Shown here one piece after another: positions 55,755-57,190 of a DNA stretch of 57,190 nucleotides. A program made the translations under genes and the position numbers. Under the pieces are notes generated by a model. That model searched no databases. It saw only the letters and a list, made by a program, of their open reading frames with translations, and was not told the origin of the DNA. Numbering within the stretch: the first letter of the stretch is position 1; every line of letters begins with the position of its first letter. This stretch comes from Acidobacteriota bacterium (GTDB lineage Bacteria > Acidobacteriota > UBA6911), in the NCBI GenBank assembly GCA_003225335.1, contig QHZE01000454.1, positions 1 to 57,190 on the forward strand, given 5' to 3'.

Positions 55755-56804
55755 TCATTGGATATCAAGAAACGAAACTCTCACCGCGGAAGGCGCGCCC
55801 GAGGACTTCAGGAACGAAACCAGGTCCAGAAGCTCGCGCAGGGTGTAAATCTCGCCGTAGCGCTCCGGCATCGCCGATCGAGTTTGGGGCTCAACGCTCT
55901 GGATTTTTTCCTTTGCGAGGCGCCGGAGAACCGGCGGGACCCTGCTCATGTCGAAGACTCGAACGGCCGCGGGCGTCTCTTCCTGCTTCAATCCCAGAAT
56001 CTTCTCGCCGTCTTTCATTACGATGCGGAGAAGCGGCTTGCTCGCGTCAAGGGCAGGCCCGGGAAAAACAATGTCTCCAAAAAGCGCGCGCGCATTTCTG
56101 CGAACCGAGCCCGTCAGATCCGGGCCCACGGGATTTCCTTTGCCGTCTATCACGTGACAGCCGACGCATCCTCTTTCTCCCGCTGTGGCGAAGAAAAGCT
56201 GTTCGCCACGCGCAGGATCTCCCACGAGGCTTTCGGGCAGGGGAGCTGCTGGAGCTGTGAAAGCCGGCCTGGTTTTCTCGGGGGCGAACCCGGCAGAGGA
56301 GGGTTGGCTTTTCACCGGCTCTTCTCCGGAGATCGAAAGGATGTAGGCTGTGACTGCCGAGATCTGCCGTTCGGTGAGTTTGTCATTCCAGTTAGGCATC
56401 GACGTATTGGGGATCCCTTCCATGATGACCTTGCGCAGTCGAGTGACTTCCCACTTCTTGTCCCTCACCGAGGGTGCGCGTCCAGCGGCCCCTTCGCGGC
56501 CATGACAGTAGGTGATAGAGCAATTTTGAGCAAAGACCTTATCCCCCTCGGAAATCAGCTGTGGGTCCTTGAGATCGATCGGCGTCTTCTGAGCACTGGA
56601 GATTTCCCGAGCCGCCGCTCCTGGAACCGGAAGAATGAGGAGAGGAACAAGCACAGCAAGCCGGAAAACAATTCGTGATTCTTCGCGTCTTCGCGTCTTC
56701 GTGGTGAGTCGGGGTCGGGCTTTACCACGAAGACGCGAAGACACTAAGAATCGCCAAGTTTTTGGTTGCGGTTCCGCTGCTCGGCGTTCATCTGCGGCGT
56801 GCAT
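55755..56804 (-). CDS. Exported c-type cytochrome with putative heme-binding domain (two heme sites)
   Basis: CSITYCH (CX4CH), GIPNTSMP, GDPARGEQLF, CVGCH (CXXCH), VGPDLT, SAMPERY, LLDLVSFL. Start uncertain. Confidence 0.82.
   Translation of the reverse strand: MHAADERRAAEPQPKTWRFLVSSRLRGKARPRLTTKTRRREESRIVFRLAVLVPLLILPVPGAAAREISSAQKTPIDLKDPQLISEGDKVFAQNCSITYCHGREGAAGRAPSVRDKKWEVTRLRKVIMEGIPNTSMPNWNDKLTERQISAVTAYILSISGEEPVKSQPSSAGFAPEKTRPAFTAPAAPLPESLVGDPARGEQLFFATAGERGCVGCHVIDGKGNPVGPDLTGSVRRNARALFGDIVFPGPALDASKPLLRIVMKDGEKILGLKQEETPAAVRVFDMSRVPPVLRRLAKEKIQSVEPQTRSAMPERYGEIYTLRELLDLVSFLKSSGAPSAVRVSFLDIQ
56672..56804. repeat. GAAGACGC hairpin plus TTTTGGTTGCGG element at the cytochrome 5' end
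   Basis: ttcttcgcgtcttcgcgtcttcgtggt ... accacgaagacgcgaagac; tttttggttgcggttccgctgctcggcgttcatc. Confidence 0.85.
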
Positions 56805-56829
56805 GCCTTCGGTTGCGATTTGGGCGGCG

Positions 56830-57190
56830 TCAGGGTAAGGTGAAGACAAACAGGGTGGCTCCCGCTACGAAATCCTTGGCCTCGGGCCATACTTCTGTCA
56901 GGCCGTCATACACGGCGCCCCCTCCGCCGGAAGGCGTGGCTATGTACTGCTTTCCGTTCACAGCATAGGTGATCGGCGATCCGCGATGCCCGGCTCCCGT
57001 GTTGAAGCTCCAGAGCTTCGTTCCGCTTCGCGCATCCAGCGCAAAGAAGATCCCTTCCGGATCTCCCGTGAAAACGAGGCTGCCTCCGGTGGAAAGAATG
57101 GAGGCGAGCAGTGCGTACCGGGATTCATGGCTCCACTCTTTCTTCCCCGTGATGGGATCGTGGGCATCGAGGTGCGTGATAACCCTTCCC
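56830..57190 (-). CDS. PQQ-dependent dehydrogenase (methanol/ethanol family), C-terminal fragment
   Basis: Manual translation: DAHDPITGKKEWSHES..LSTGGSLVFTGDPEGIFFALDARSGTKLWSFNTGAGHRGSPITYAVNGKQYIATPSG..LFVFTLP-stop. Confidence 0.88.
   Translation of the reverse strand, partial: GRVITHLDAHDPITGKKEWSHESRYALLASILSTGGSLVFTGDPEGIFFALDARSGTKLWSFNTGAGHRGSPITYAVNGKQYIATPSGGGGAVYDGLTEVWPEAKDFVAGATLFVFTLP

Noticed and set aside
1-57190. tRNA, rRNA, tmRNA, RNase P, SRP RNA, integrase, transposase or RAYT genes
   Set aside because: No diagnostic sequence motifs seen; a covariance-model scan would be needed to exclude divergent ncRNAs.

Overview
A GC-rich (about 60%) bacterial chromosomal segment, most likely Acidobacteriota. 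The assignment is inferred from an acidobacterial-type VWA protein, a PQQ dehydrogenase/cytochrome c pair and a HEAT-cyclophilin fusion. I support 38 CDS, two cut by the window edges and one split by a 1-bp frameshift. I found no rRNA, tRNA, CRISPR array, transposase or phage gene. Left to right: addAB-like helicase/nuclease pair; small PilX/DUF7305-like exported protein; moeB - exported protein - kynU - kynB; PBP1b-like enzyme; a solitary, divergent DUF6079 (BREX BrxC-like) P-loop protein; three sugar/surface-modification genes; a 16-kb minus-strand operon of uncharacterised envelope proteins (MoxR AAA+, DUF58, two membrane VWA/GATase-like proteins, a 1155-aa coiled-coil/Ig protein, two DUF4159 proteins, a TPR-gluzincin and a caspase/legumain-fold peptidase); M16-like protein; FxLYD protein; HEAT-cyclophilin; a second AAA+/VWA pair; NfeD-flotillin-MFS; VWA; mpl; small Cys-rich protein; plsC; ECF sigma; dedA; diheme cytochrome c; PQQ dehydrogenase. 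The most striking non-coding signal is that almost every gene junction holds a hairpin built from about 7-nt periodic arms or a REP-like palindrome, from at least ten unrelated sequence families. Several of these hairpins appear to be translated in frame in front of signal peptides. Best candidates for an undescribed system: (1) the MoxR/VWA/dual-peptidase envelope operon, (2) the junction-hairpin repeat system, (3) the orphan BrxC-like protein. All family calls come from recognising motifs by eye; no searches were run.
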